Source: a virus (lineage: Duplodnaviria; Caudoviricetes). Taken from it: a DNA stretch of 38,085 nt. Location: positions 1-38,085 of the IMG/VR virus record IMGVR_UViG_3300025344_000002; one strand, written 5' to 3'. The position numbers were made by a program, and so were the translations under genes. Positions 1 to 8,396 of this stretch are shown here, in pieces (positions within the stretch are counted from its first letter, which is position 1; every line of letters begins with the position of its first letter). The notes under the pieces were generated by a model. That model did not search any database. It saw nothing but the letters and a program-made list of their open reading frames with translations, and was not told where the DNA came from.

Positions 1-192
1 GGGTCTTCCAACAACGCAATGGGTTATCAGTCACTGCGTTACAATACGACTGGGTCTAACAACAACGCAATGGGTGCTTATTCACTGTATGCCAATACGA
101 CTGGGTCTTACAACAACACAATGGGTTATCAGTCACTGCGTTACAATACGACTGGGTCTTACAACAACGCAATGGGTGCTTATTCACTGTAT
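1..192 (+). repeat. 51-nt tandem repeat array of tail fibre 1 (left window edge)
   Basis: Unit ATG GGT nnn nnn TCA CTG nnn nnn AAT ACG ACT GGG TCT nnn AAC AAC RCA, about 3.7 copies. Confidence 0.95.
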
Positions 193-675
193 GATTTAGA
201 AGATGGTTCTTCTAATACAGGGGTTGGTTACAATACAGGTAGAGGTATAACTTATGGTTCAGGCAATACTATTTTAGGTGCAAGTGTTACTGGGCTTGAT
301 GCTGGTTTGACTAATAATATTATTCTTGCTAATGGTACTGGAGCAATCAAAGCACAACACGATGGAACAGGTTGGAGTTTAACTGGGAATGTAAAACTTA
401 TTGCAGATAATCAGAAGCTACTATTCGGTGCTGGAGATGATGCTTCAATAACTTATAATGGAACAAATCTAATAATTAACCCTAAAGAAGTTGGGACTGG
501 TATAGTCGATGTTTTAGGAAATATTAAAGCTGTTGAAGTTTTAGGAAAACACAAAACAAATGATGGAACTAGTGCAGTTGCAGACGGAACTTATACTATG
601 GGAATCGGAACTACTACAAATGGAACTATTACAATTAAAGATGGTTTGATTACAGCTTTAACAGAAGCAACATAA
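1..675 (+). CDS. Tail fibre 1, C-terminal part (5'-truncated by the window edge; N-terminal part at 37484-38085)
   Basis: Frame is open from base 1. Contains 17-aa repeats (MGYQSLRYNTTGSNNNA), Gly/Thr/Asn-rich beta-type sequence and a C-terminal GTITIKDGLITA motif typical of phage fibre ends. Repeat DNA matches the last 130 nt of the window. Confidence 0.8.
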   Translation, partial: GSSNNAMGYQSLRYNTTGSNNNAMGAYSLYANTTGSYNNTMGYQSLRYNTTGSYNNAMGAYSLYDLEDGSSNTGVGYNTGRGITYGSGNTILGASVTGLDAGLTNNIILANGTGAIKAQHDGTGWSLTGNVKLIADNQKLLFGAGDDASITYNGTNLIINPKEVGTGIVDVLGNIKAVEVLGKHKTNDGTSAVADGTYTMGIGTTTNGTITIKDGLITALTEAT

Positions 676-687
676 AGGAGGAATAAA

Positions 688-1023
688 ATGGGATTAAAAA
701 AGGTAAAAGAATTAGATAACGGAACAAGTGGTGAATATTGGGTTGCAGAAACACGCAACGAGATGATTAATAAAAAGACAATAGTTCTTATGCTTTTATT
801 CAAAGACAAAGCAACAAGAGAAGCAGGAAAAGGTTTTTTAATAAGAACAAGCATAGAACCTATTGATGGGATATATCTTACAGGCAAAAAGGTATATTCA
901 GAGATAGTAAAAAGTAATATGAGTGAAGCTGTTGAAGAGGTTAAAGACCATGAAGGTAACGTTATAACAGAAGCAGTTGAGGCAAAAGAACTAAACTGGT
1001 TTGCTGATGCAGAAGATTGTTAA
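688..1023 (+). CDS. Hypothetical protein, possibly tail-fibre associated or a fibre assembly factor
   Basis: AGGAGG RBS upstream; directly follows the fibre gene; function inferred from position only. Confidence 0.6.
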   Translation: MGLKKVKELDNGTSGEYWVAETRNEMINKKTIVLMLLFKDKATREAGKGFLIRTSIEPIDGIYLTGKKVYSEIVKSNMSEAVEEVKDHEGNVITEAVEAKELNWFADAEDC

Positions 1024-1025
1024 CT

Positions 1026-1055
1026 TTGTCAGATAGATAAGTTGTATACTATAAT
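1026..1055 (+). promoter_or_regulatory. Putative sigma70-type promoter for the internal virion protein genes
   Basis: TTGTCA-18 nt-TATAAT in the intergenic gap, upstream of the AAGGAG RBS of 1074. Confidence 0.55.
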
Positions 1056-1073
1056 TAAGAAAAGGAGCAAATT

Positions 1074-1745
1074 ATGGCAGGATCAAATGATACAATAACA
1101 GGGATAATGGGAGAGTTTGGACTTCCTTCTAATTCTAATAGCTCTGCTATAAGTGATTTAGAAAAGAGTATACTTGCTTCATCTAAGCCTTTAATAAACG
1201 AGCTTAGAAGTACTGGACAAGAACGTTTAACTGGTCAGGGACTAGGTATATCTAGTTTTGGCGATCAGGCATTAAAGAAACAAGAAACAGATATTTTAGG
1301 ACAAATTACAACTAATATTGCTGGACTTAAATTTGGTGAACACAGCAAAGATACTGAGTTTGCTAGAGATATTGCTAGGCTTAGAGAACAGGGTGATGTT
1401 AGTTTAGTATTAGAAAAAGGAAAGATAGATGCTACAGGACAAGCTTCTTCAATAGCTGATATAGAAGGTTTGTTTACAAATTCGTTACTAGACCAGATTA
1501 ATCTAGCTAGTGGTGGAGATGAAGCTCCTTTCTTACTACCTCTATTAAGTGCATTTCAGGAACTTCCTAATCTTAAAAACTCAGGTGCTAGTTTCAATGA
1601 TGCAATAATGAATCTTGGTACTACATATACAGGACTTCAAGGTCTTGATTGGTTTAAAAACCTATTTAATAGTGATGATAATAGTGGTGATATAGTTAGC
1701 GGTTTGTTTAGTGCTGATGATTTGAACGCAAAAGAGAATCGATAA
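1074..1745 (+). CDS. Putative internal virion (ejection/DNA pilot) protein
   Basis: 223-aa ORF with AAGGAG RBS; helical-looking, with a GLGISSFG motif; first gene of the block after the tail genes. Confidence 0.5.
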   Translation: MAGSNDTITGIMGEFGLPSNSNSSAISDLEKSILASSKPLINELRSTGQERLTGQGLGISSFGDQALKKQETDILGQITTNIAGLKFGEHSKDTEFARDIARLREQGDVSLVLEKGKIDATGQASSIADIEGLFTNSLLDQINLASGGDEAPFLLPLLSAFQELPNLKNSGASFNDAIMNLGTTYTGLQGLDWFKNLFNSDDNSGDIVSGLFSADDLNAKENR

Positions 1746-1747
1746 CA

Positions 1748-3112
1748 ATGGTTGGAACTCTTTTTGATGATATATTAAAGCTAGACCCTTCTAATGTTGG
1801 AATAACTGACCTTAGTCAGGGTTTTGAAATTACTCCTGATGGAAAACTTAAGCGTGGAACTACTTCTGGTTCTGATGCTGATAAAAATACATTAGAAAAG
1901 GTTTTTTCTAAAACAGAAATAGATGGAAAGCCAAGAGATAAAATTAAATCCAGAAAGCAAATAGAGTTTGATAGAAGACAAGAAGAAGCACAGAAAATAA
2001 AAGATGCTGAAACTAGCAAGCCTGAAGATTCTACTGCAGAAGGTACTGATGGTGATGGTTTAAATTTAAATTTAGATTTCGATATTCCAGATTTACCTAA
2101 TATAGATTTTGATGTAGAAATTCCAGATATTGGGAAGATATTTGATTTACCAGAAACAGATGTACCAGATATTAAACTAGATATTCCAGAGATAAGTTTA
2201 CCTAAAATAGACTTACCGAATATAGATATTCCAGAAGTTGACATCCCTAAGTTTGTTGATGATATTGGTATAAAGCTTGGTGATATGGGGTTAGATATTC
2301 CTATAGATTCTGACTCGATAATAAGAGAAGGTGATGGAACTGGTTTTGGTGAAATTACTGTTGGTGATGGTATAGTTTTAGATGTTACTAATGATATAGA
2401 AAATACTTGGAATGATATTACTACTGATACAGTTTTACGGGATAGTAACGCTAAGGACTTATTTGAACTAGCTAATGATCCTAAGAAATTTGTTGAAGAT
2501 AAGGGTGTTGAGTTTGCGGATGATGCTTTTAAAAAAGTTACTAAAGACATTCCGCTTATAGGAGATATAGCAAACATATCTGAGATAATTAGCAATCCTG
2601 ATAAAGCAGGTAGAGCAATAGCTACTGAATCTACACATGCAGTACTTAATACAATACCTGTTATTGGTAATGTTATATCTGTTATAGCTAGGATATTTAG
2701 GTATAGTTGTTATCTTGCTACTACTGCTCACATGCACGGACTAATTACAGATAAAGAATGTTTATCGTTTGCTAGATATAAGATAAGACATGAGAACGAA
2801 TTTAGTAGAGCTTCTTATCTGACTACTTTTTGTTTACTGAACCCATTAATGGTAAGGTCCAAGACTTTTACCAAGATTATATTTAATATATTCACTAAGC
2901 ATTGGTTGAATTATATCAAGGCTAAGAATGATAATAAAATGACCATGATTATAAGGCTAAAACTATTACCACTTAGAATAACTATATACGCTGGTTTCTT
3001 TATATTACTACCTATTGGAGTCTATTGGCTAACAAGAGGTTTGCTTGGAAAAATAACAGACTTTGCTGATTATCAGAAAACATTTAGGAGGCTTAGTTAT
3101 GGAAGGTGTTAA
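1748..3112 (+). CDS. Putative internal virion protein with acidic Pro-rich repeats and a C-terminal CYLAT (CFI-box-like) hydrophobic domain
   Basis: 454 aa; DIPDLPNIDF/IPEISLPKIDLP repeats; IPVIGNVISV segment; SCYLATTAH followed by a basic, hydrophobic tail. Confidence 0.5.
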   Translation: MVGTLFDDILKLDPSNVGITDLSQGFEITPDGKLKRGTTSGSDADKNTLEKVFSKTEIDGKPRDKIKSRKQIEFDRRQEEAQKIKDAETSKPEDSTAEGTDGDGLNLNLDFDIPDLPNIDFDVEIPDIGKIFDLPETDVPDIKLDIPEISLPKIDLPNIDIPEVDIPKFVDDIGIKLGDMGLDIPIDSDSIIREGDGTGFGEITVGDGIVLDVTNDIENTWNDITTDTVLRDSNAKDLFELANDPKKFVEDKGVEFADDAFKKVTKDIPLIGDIANISEIISNPDKAGRAIATESTHAVLNTIPVIGNVISVIARIFRYSCYLATTAHMHGLITDKECLSFARYKIRHENEFSRASYLTTFCLLNPLMVRSKTFTKIIFNIFTKHWLNYIKAKNDNKMTMIIRLKLLPLRITIYAGFFILLPIGVYWLTRGLLGKITDFADYQKTFRRLSYGRC

Positions 3113-3236
3113 GGGTTTACAAGACATAATGGCTGTACTTAAAGATGATAGTTTGCCAAACAACGTTAGATTTATTAAAATATTAAAAGAGGCACAAAAG
3201 CTTAAAAAGGGAGAATCTAATGGCAAATCTACTTGA
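3099..3236 (+). CDS. Small hypothetical protein (45 aa, MEGVKGLQDI...), not in the ORF track
   Basis: AGGAGG RBS upstream; fills the gap and overlaps both neighbours. Confidence 0.6.
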   Translation: MEGVKGLQDIMAVLKDDSLPNNVRFIKILKEAQKLKKGESNGKST

Positions 3237-4683
3237 AGAAATATCACAATTTAACATGAGTGGTACTGCTGGAACTCTAAATTCAGTACCAGGACTTGGT
3301 GGTCAGGGAGTAAAAATTGGTACTAAAAAACAATTAGATACTAATGCTATGCTTGATAAAGCTGTAGTTGCTATGCAACAGGCGAAGAAAGCTAAACAGG
3401 CTGAAGGTCAAAAGCAACAAGCTATAAATACTGCAAAAGCTAATGATACCAAATCGCAGTTCTTTGATTTCCTAGATACTGCTCCTGATGCTGTATTACA
3501 AGACCCTGCTTTCATTCAAAAGATTTCTGGTAAGATTCCCGGTGGTGCTACTGCTGAAAGTTTGACTAAACTAAAAGCAACTAGAGCTAGAGCTAAAGCA
3601 CAACTAAAACAATTAACACCTGAACAGGTTTCAAAGATGCCACAAGAAGCTTTACAGAGTCTAGCTCAAATAGGTATAACTGACCCTCAGAAGCTTGCTA
3701 CTCCTAAATGGGTACAAGACCTTCAAGGACTAGGTAAAAGTGTCGTTAAGGGTGCTATAGGTCAAGGAACTGCTAAACCTAAAGGTATGTTTGGTGCATT
3801 TGCTGAGTCTAACAAGATTGCAGACCCAGTTGATAAGGAATTTCAATCAATAACTTATGCTGATCCAAAAACAGGTCTTCCTAAAAAAGGTATATTTGAT
3901 AAAGGAACTGGTACATATTCTGATGCAGAAGGTAATAAGCTTGATGGTGATGTTGTTGCTACTGGCATTAACGCATCATTAAAGGTTAATCCTGATACTG
4001 GACTTATTGAAAGGTTTGATGCTAATACTGGTGAGTTTATATCAGTACAAAAAACAGTGGGAGAATTTACTCCACAACAAAGGCAATCTTTAACTAGTGC
4101 ATATAAAGCATTAGATGGTAATACTATCTTTAGTGAAGCTAAACAGGGCTATAATGCTTCTAAAGCAATAGGAGTTATGTTAGCTTCTGATAACCCAGTT
4201 GCTACCGGTACTATCAAGAGGCAGTTAGCTAAAGCTTCTGGTGAAGTTGGAAGATTAACAGAAGAAGATGTTATGGCATTTGGTGGTTCACAAGCTCTAT
4301 TTGCTAGAATAGATCAACTTGTTAATGAGCTTGATACTGGTACATTCACACCAGAGAATAAAGTTTTTATGAATGAGTTAGCAAGTATAATGGCTAAACA
4401 GGCACAGTTTAATGCTTCAAGAGAAATTGGAACTCAGTTAGGTAGACTTGGTAGCACTTCTTTATTTACGCCTGAACAAGTACAGGAAGAAACTACTAGA
4501 GAGCTTGAAAGACAGTTCGGTGGTAATGTTACTACTTTAGAAGAAGAGGAAGTAAAGCTTACTCAAGGACAGACCATCCAAAAACAAGATGGTTCTAAAT
4601 GGAAATATATTGGTGGGGATCAAAAACTTAAATCATCTTATAAACAAATTGGTATTAATCGTGGTGCTAGTGGGAGTTTTTAA
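3220..4683 (+). CDS. Putative internal virion/ejection protein
   Basis: 487 aa, Ala/Gln/Gly-rich; GGGAG RBS; TAATG coupling to the next gene; position typical of podoviral ejection proteins. Confidence 0.55.
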   Translation: MANLLEEISQFNMSGTAGTLNSVPGLGGQGVKIGTKKQLDTNAMLDKAVVAMQQAKKAKQAEGQKQQAINTAKANDTKSQFFDFLDTAPDAVLQDPAFIQKISGKIPGGATAESLTKLKATRARAKAQLKQLTPEQVSKMPQEALQSLAQIGITDPQKLATPKWVQDLQGLGKSVVKGAIGQGTAKPKGMFGAFAESNKIADPVDKEFQSITYADPKTGLPKKGIFDKGTGTYSDAEGNKLDGDVVATGINASLKVNPDTGLIERFDANTGEFISVQKTVGEFTPQQRQSLTSAYKALDGNTIFSEAKQGYNASKAIGVMLASDNPVATGTIKRQLAKASGEVGRLTEEDVMAFGGSQALFARIDQLVNELDTGTFTPENKVFMNELASIMAKQAQFNASREIGTQLGRLGSTSLFTPEQVQEETTRELERQFGGNVTTLEEEEVKLTQGQTIQKQDGSKWKYIGGDQKLKSSYKQIGINRGASGSF

Positions 4684-6215
4684 TGGCTAGTTTTTTAGAT
4701 GATGCAACTATTATTGATGATAAACATAAACCTAAGCAAACTTTTAGCGAAGATAGTGGTAGCTTTTTATCAGGATCAACTATTTTAACAAAAGGTAATC
4801 AACCAGATATTATAGTAGCTAAAGATGGAAAAGAGAAAAACGATGTTCAAAAATATAAGTTTCTTCAAGAATCTGCTGAGTTTGGATTGGTTCTTGGTGG
4901 TGGTCTTATTGGTGGTTTTGTTGGTGCTGGTTTTGGTGGCGTAGGTGCTGTTCCCGGTTCTGCTATTGGTGCTGGTGTTGCTAGGGCAGGCATAGAAACT
5001 GTTAAGAATATATTTGACCAAGATGATGAGAGTTTTATTAAGGATGCTTCGGAGGTTTTATTTAAAGGTTCTGTAGAAACTGTACTAGATTATACTGGTG
5101 CTAAATTATTGGGTGCTGTTGGTAAAATACCTGCAGTTAAAAAAGTAGGTTCTAGATTAGGTGGAAAACTAGCAAGCTTATTAGGTGCTGTTCCTGATGC
5201 TCAAAAACAAAGGATTATAAATAATACAGCTAAATCATTCAAGCAAAGTGCAGGAGTTAACGAGCAAGCAACTAGGAGAGCTTTCTTGAGACCTAAACAG
5301 GTTCTTACTGATGAGTTTATGGATATTAAAAAAGGAACTCACCTAGGGGTACAAACTATAAAAGAACTAGAAAGTTTAGTCCCTGAAGCTTTTAAGCAAA
5401 CAAAGAAACAGTTTGAAAAAGAAGTTATCCCTATATTTAAAGCAACTAAGGGACAACCTTTTGATGGAATGGGTAAGCTTTATAACGATTTCTTGGCAAC
5501 TTTGTCTGAAAAGGGGTCTATAGATACGGTTAAGGGCAAGCTTAAATTTACAGGTGGTTCTGCTATTGCTGATAAAAAAGTGAATAGAGTTATCAACTCT
5601 TTTATAAACGAGGATATTCCCAAGTTTCTTAAAGAGGGTGATATGGAGTCTGCTCATAACTTAAAGAAGTTTATTGATGATGTAGTGAAACAGGGTTCGG
5701 TTAAAAACAATCCTTTAGTAGATAAGATATTCAAAGGGTACAGATCAAACATAAACAATCTACTTAGAAAGAATACCAAGTACGGTAATGTTATGGATAA
5801 GTACTCTGACCTTTTTAAAGTACAGGAAACTATGGGTTCTTTATTAGACGAAAAGAATGTAGAGAAATTAATAGCAAGAGCTTTTCAGGAAGATGATGTT
5901 GCTTTTAAGAATATGATGGATAAGTTTGTTTCTAATAGTGGTACAGCTAAGATAGTCTGGAACGATGCTTTAGATGAATGGGCTGGACATGAGTTTGCTT
6001 CAAATATAGCTACTCAGTTTTCAGCTAAGACACCGGTTAGCGCAGGTGTAGAAACAATAGAAAGAGGATTAGGTTTTAAGAAATCACCATTCAGAGCAGG
6101 TAATCAGTTAAAGCAGAAAGCTAAGTTTAAACCTTCGTTTGCTCAGACTCCTGCTAGAAGAACAATAGCTACTCCTATTCACGAAAAATTAACACAAGAG
6201 CAAAAAAAACAATAA
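4683..6215 (+). CDS. Putative ejection/DNA transfer protein with a glycine-zipper segment
   Basis: 510 aa; GGGLIGGFVGAGFGGVGAVPGSAIGAG membrane-active motif; last gene of the rightward arm. Confidence 0.6.
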   Translation: MASFLDDATIIDDKHKPKQTFSEDSGSFLSGSTILTKGNQPDIIVAKDGKEKNDVQKYKFLQESAEFGLVLGGGLIGGFVGAGFGGVGAVPGSAIGAGVARAGIETVKNIFDQDDESFIKDASEVLFKGSVETVLDYTGAKLLGAVGKIPAVKKVGSRLGGKLASLLGAVPDAQKQRIINNTAKSFKQSAGVNEQATRRAFLRPKQVLTDEFMDIKKGTHLGVQTIKELESLVPEAFKQTKKQFEKEVIPIFKATKGQPFDGMGKLYNDFLATLSEKGSIDTVKGKLKFTGGSAIADKKVNRVINSFINEDIPKFLKEGDMESAHNLKKFIDDVVKQGSVKNNPLVDKIFKGYRSNINNLLRKNTKYGNVMDKYSDLFKVQETMGSLLDEKNVEKLIARAFQEDDVAFKNMMDKFVSNSGTAKIVWNDALDEWAGHEFASNIATQFSAKTPVSAGVETIERGLGFKKSPFRAGNQLKQKAKFKPSFAQTPARRTIATPIHEKLTQEQKKQ

Positions 6216-6235
6216 ACCCTAGCCCTATATAAACC

Positions 6236-6721
6236 TTAGTCATTATCTTCTAACGGTGGCGTTACAGGTTTAACTTCTTCTACAATCTTACCTTTTTTAA
6301 TAGCTCTAGTTTTAGAAGCTTCCTTTAAATCCTTAACATGTTGGGCACTAGGTTTTAGTTTTTTATTATCCTGTGCCTGTTTTTGTTCATACAATTTTCT
6401 AGCACTAGAGAAGTTCTCAGTATATTTATCTTCGTCTATATCTGCATGAAGAGTTAAGTTAGCTATCTTCTCATCTACAGTAAGGTCGTTCTTGAACTTT
6501 TTCTGCTTTGCTAGATGCTCGGCTAACTCTTCTTTGGGAAAATCTATTGCTGAGCCAAATGTACCACTCATATCAACACCTGTAGCTACTCTCGATGCAA
6601 ATCCACCATGTTTATAGTATTCTGACAATATAAAACATATCTGAAGCTCTGGTGTTCTAAATTGATCCTCTGCTTCTTTAAGTATTTTCTCTTCTAATTC
6701 TTTCTTAAATTTAATTTCCAT
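6236..6721 (-). CDS. Putative Arc/ribbon-helix-helix-like DNA-binding protein
   Basis: N-terminus MEIKFKKELEEKILKEAEDQFRTPELQICFIL fits the Arc-like pattern. Confidence 0.45.
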   Translation of the reverse strand: MEIKFKKELEEKILKEAEDQFRTPELQICFILSEYYKHGGFASRVATGVDMSGTFGSAIDFPKEELAEHLAKQKKFKNDLTVDEKIANLTLHADIDEDKYTENFSSARKLYEQKQAQDNKKLKPSAQHVKDLKEASKTRAIKKGKIVEEVKPVTPPLEDND

Positions 6722-6851
6722 TTTTCTTCACCATAGCCTTTCTTGCTAATCTTTTACTTGAGTTCTTTCTATCAACACTAGCTCTATGTATTTTACTTAG
6801 ATTTTCACTTGATGGATATAGTTCCCTGTCTAATTTAGCTTGTTCTTTCAT
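6711..6851 (-). CDS. Small basic hypothetical protein (46 aa, MKEQAKLDRE...), not in the ORF track
   Basis: ATGA overlap with the upstream stop; fills the gap between two genes. Confidence 0.5.
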   Translation of the reverse strand: MKEQAKLDRELYPSSENLSKIHRASVDRKNSSKRLARKAMVKKNGN

Positions 6852-6885
6852 GTAAGCTTCTCTTTCATGTAAGCTTCTCTTTCAT
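6844..6885. repeat. 17-nt tandem duplication (about 2.5 copies)
   Basis: TCTTTCATGTAAGCTTC twice, then TCTTTCAT. Confidence 0.95.
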
Positions 6886-7123
6886 TTGTGGTATCGTCTT
6901 CATGTTCTACTAGCTTCTCGATATGTTCTTCTGAATAAAACCTATATTCCATAGGTAATTTTTCTTCATCAAAAGCTCCAAGTATTTCTTCTATAGAACA
7001 GTCTTTTGCTGGTATAGCTAGTTTAAATTCTTCAATAACAGTATCGTGCATTTTCCTAGTATCAATAACTGGTTCTATTTTTGTTACTTTTTTTCCGAAT
7101 CCAAACAGTTTTAATATATTCAT
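6848..7123 (-). CDS. Hypothetical protein
   Basis: 91 aa; GGGAG RBS; ATGA overlaps at both ends. Confidence 0.7.
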   Translation of the reverse strand: MNILKLFGFGKKVTKIEPVIDTRKMHDTVIEEFKLAIPAKDCSIEEILGAFDEEKLPMEYRFYSEEHIEKLVEHEDDTTNEREAYMKEKLT

Positions 7124-7350
7124 TTTTCTCTCCCTAATTGGTGTGCTGTTACCAAAATAAATTCATCTTTTTCTTTTTCTGAAAATATAAACAAGTTCTT
7201 ATTTAATACAACGTATCTAAAACCACCATGATTATAAGCTTCTCCATTCTCAAAAGCTCTATTAACCATTTTTCTCAAGAACTTACCTTTCCAATTAAAT
7301 CTTTCCTTGATCCTTTTCTTAGCGTGATCGCTTATCAGTATTGTCGTCAT
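7120..7350 (-). CDS. Small protein with an S-x-HA-x-x-R-x-x-ER motif (possible RelE-like/BECR fold)
   Basis: ISDHAKKRIKERF at the N-terminus and ILVT near the C-terminus. Confidence 0.45.
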   Translation of the reverse strand: MTTILISDHAKKRIKERFNWKGKFLRKMVNRAFENGEAYNHGGFRYVVLNKNLFIFSEKEKDEFILVTAHQLGREK

Positions 7351-7733
7351 TATTTATTCATTATCTCTACATACCCCTTTTCAGCCCAATACTTTTCCAT
7401 GTTTACTGCACATACCTTACTATCATCATCAAGTAAAGAATCCATTACAGCCTTTAACATGTTGTCTATATCAGGCTTTTGGTCATGCTCAGTTCCTAAC
7501 TTTTCAGCCCTTTTCTTTTTAGACCAAGACTTAGACATTTTCACATGGAAAACTATTGAGAATCTATCTGCAAGTTTAAAATTCTTACTATTACAAATTA
7601 AGTTGATTGCATCTTTGAACTCCCAATATCTAGTAACGCAAGGCCTATTAGCCCACTTATCACGCTGAGTGAGTCGTGGTTTGCCAATAGGCTCTACGTC
7701 TAGAGTAATAAAATTAGATTGGGCAAGATTCAC
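7350..7733 (-). CDS. rusA: RusA-family Holliday junction resolvase
   Basis: KPDIDNMLKAVMDSL..DDS.V signature and PIGKPR N-terminal motif. Start placed at GTG 7733 after GAGG; the ORF track extends to 7775. Confidence 0.88.
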   Translation of the reverse strand: MNLAQSNFITLDVEPIGKPRLTQRDKWANRPCVTRYWEFKDAINLICNSKNFKLADRFSIVFHVKMSKSWSKKKRAEKLGTEHDQKPDIDNMLKAVMDSLLDDDSKVCAVNMEKYWAEKGYVEIMNK

Positions 7734-8082
7734 TATCTTCAACCTCTTCTTCGACTGCAGTAAAAGAGTTACCAAGCATTTTTACACTATTAACAATTAC
7801 AGTTACCTGAGTATACTTTTTATCATTACCAGCCTCTATGAGCTTAGACTCTATACTACCAGTAACAGATAAGGTATCACCACGCTTAACGTGTTCACCA
7901 ATAATGTTTGCTGTTTGATTCCAAGCAATACACCGATGAAACTCAACAGGTGATTTAGGAAATTTCTGAACTGCTAGATTGAAGCTACAGAAAATATTTC
8001 CGTTGTTTTTCCCTGAGTCTTTTACTTCAGGTGCTTTTGTTATGTATCCAATAAGTAGAACCATATTAGTAGGTGTAGTCAT
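7714..8082 (-). CDS. ssb: Single-stranded DNA-binding protein
   Basis: NMVLLIGYITKAPE, FNLAV, FHRCIAW, RGD.LSVTGSI OB-fold motifs; acidic tail ending CPI. Confidence 0.9.
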   Translation of the reverse strand: MTTPTNMVLLIGYITKAPEVKDSGKNNGNIFCSFNLAVQKFPKSPVEFHRCIAWNQTANIIGEHVKRGDTLSVTGSIESKLIEAGNDKKYTQVTVIVNSVKMLGNSFTAVEEEVEDSESCPI

Positions 8083-8393
8083 TAGTCTTTTTCTTTAGCT
8101 TCTAGTAAGTTCCAAGCCTGACCAATAACCTCGATAATAAAAGATTTTCCAATTCTCTCTTTTATTAAAGCAATTTCCTCTACAGTAAGCTCAACTTCTT
8201 TTTTACAAGAATTGATCTTATTGGCTACATTATATAACTCAAACTTCTTTTCGCCAGTTAAAGCACCATCAGTATCTAAACTGTTAGTTAAAGCTCTAAC
8301 CATAATAGATTTTAAAGTAGAGTTACTTCCATTCTCATCTATTATCTTTGTTCCATCTAACTTTGTTATCTCAGTATCTATTTTAACTTTCAT
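8082..8393 (-). CDS. Conserved-looking phage hypothetical protein
   Basis: 103 aa; GGAG RBS; LTGEKKF...VELTVEEIALIKERIGK; TAATG coupling to ssb. Confidence 0.7.
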   Translation of the reverse strand: MKVKIDTEITKLDGTKIIDENGSNSTLKSIMVRALTNSLDTDGALTGEKKFELYNVANKINSCKKEVELTVEEIALIKERIGKSFIIEVIGQAWNLLEAKEKD

Positions 8394-8396
8394 AAT

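Noticed and set aside
1816-2595. 259-aa antisense ORF, and similar ones at 28565-29095, 34483-34857 and 7228-7668
   Set aside because: They are shadows of real genes on the opposite strand, with biased Ser/Ile-rich composition, no RBS and orientation against the operon.
7120-7350. Toxin-antitoxin pair built on the RelE-like small ORF
   Set aside because: The motif is short and common in phage hypothetical proteins, and there is no clear antitoxin or separate promoter.
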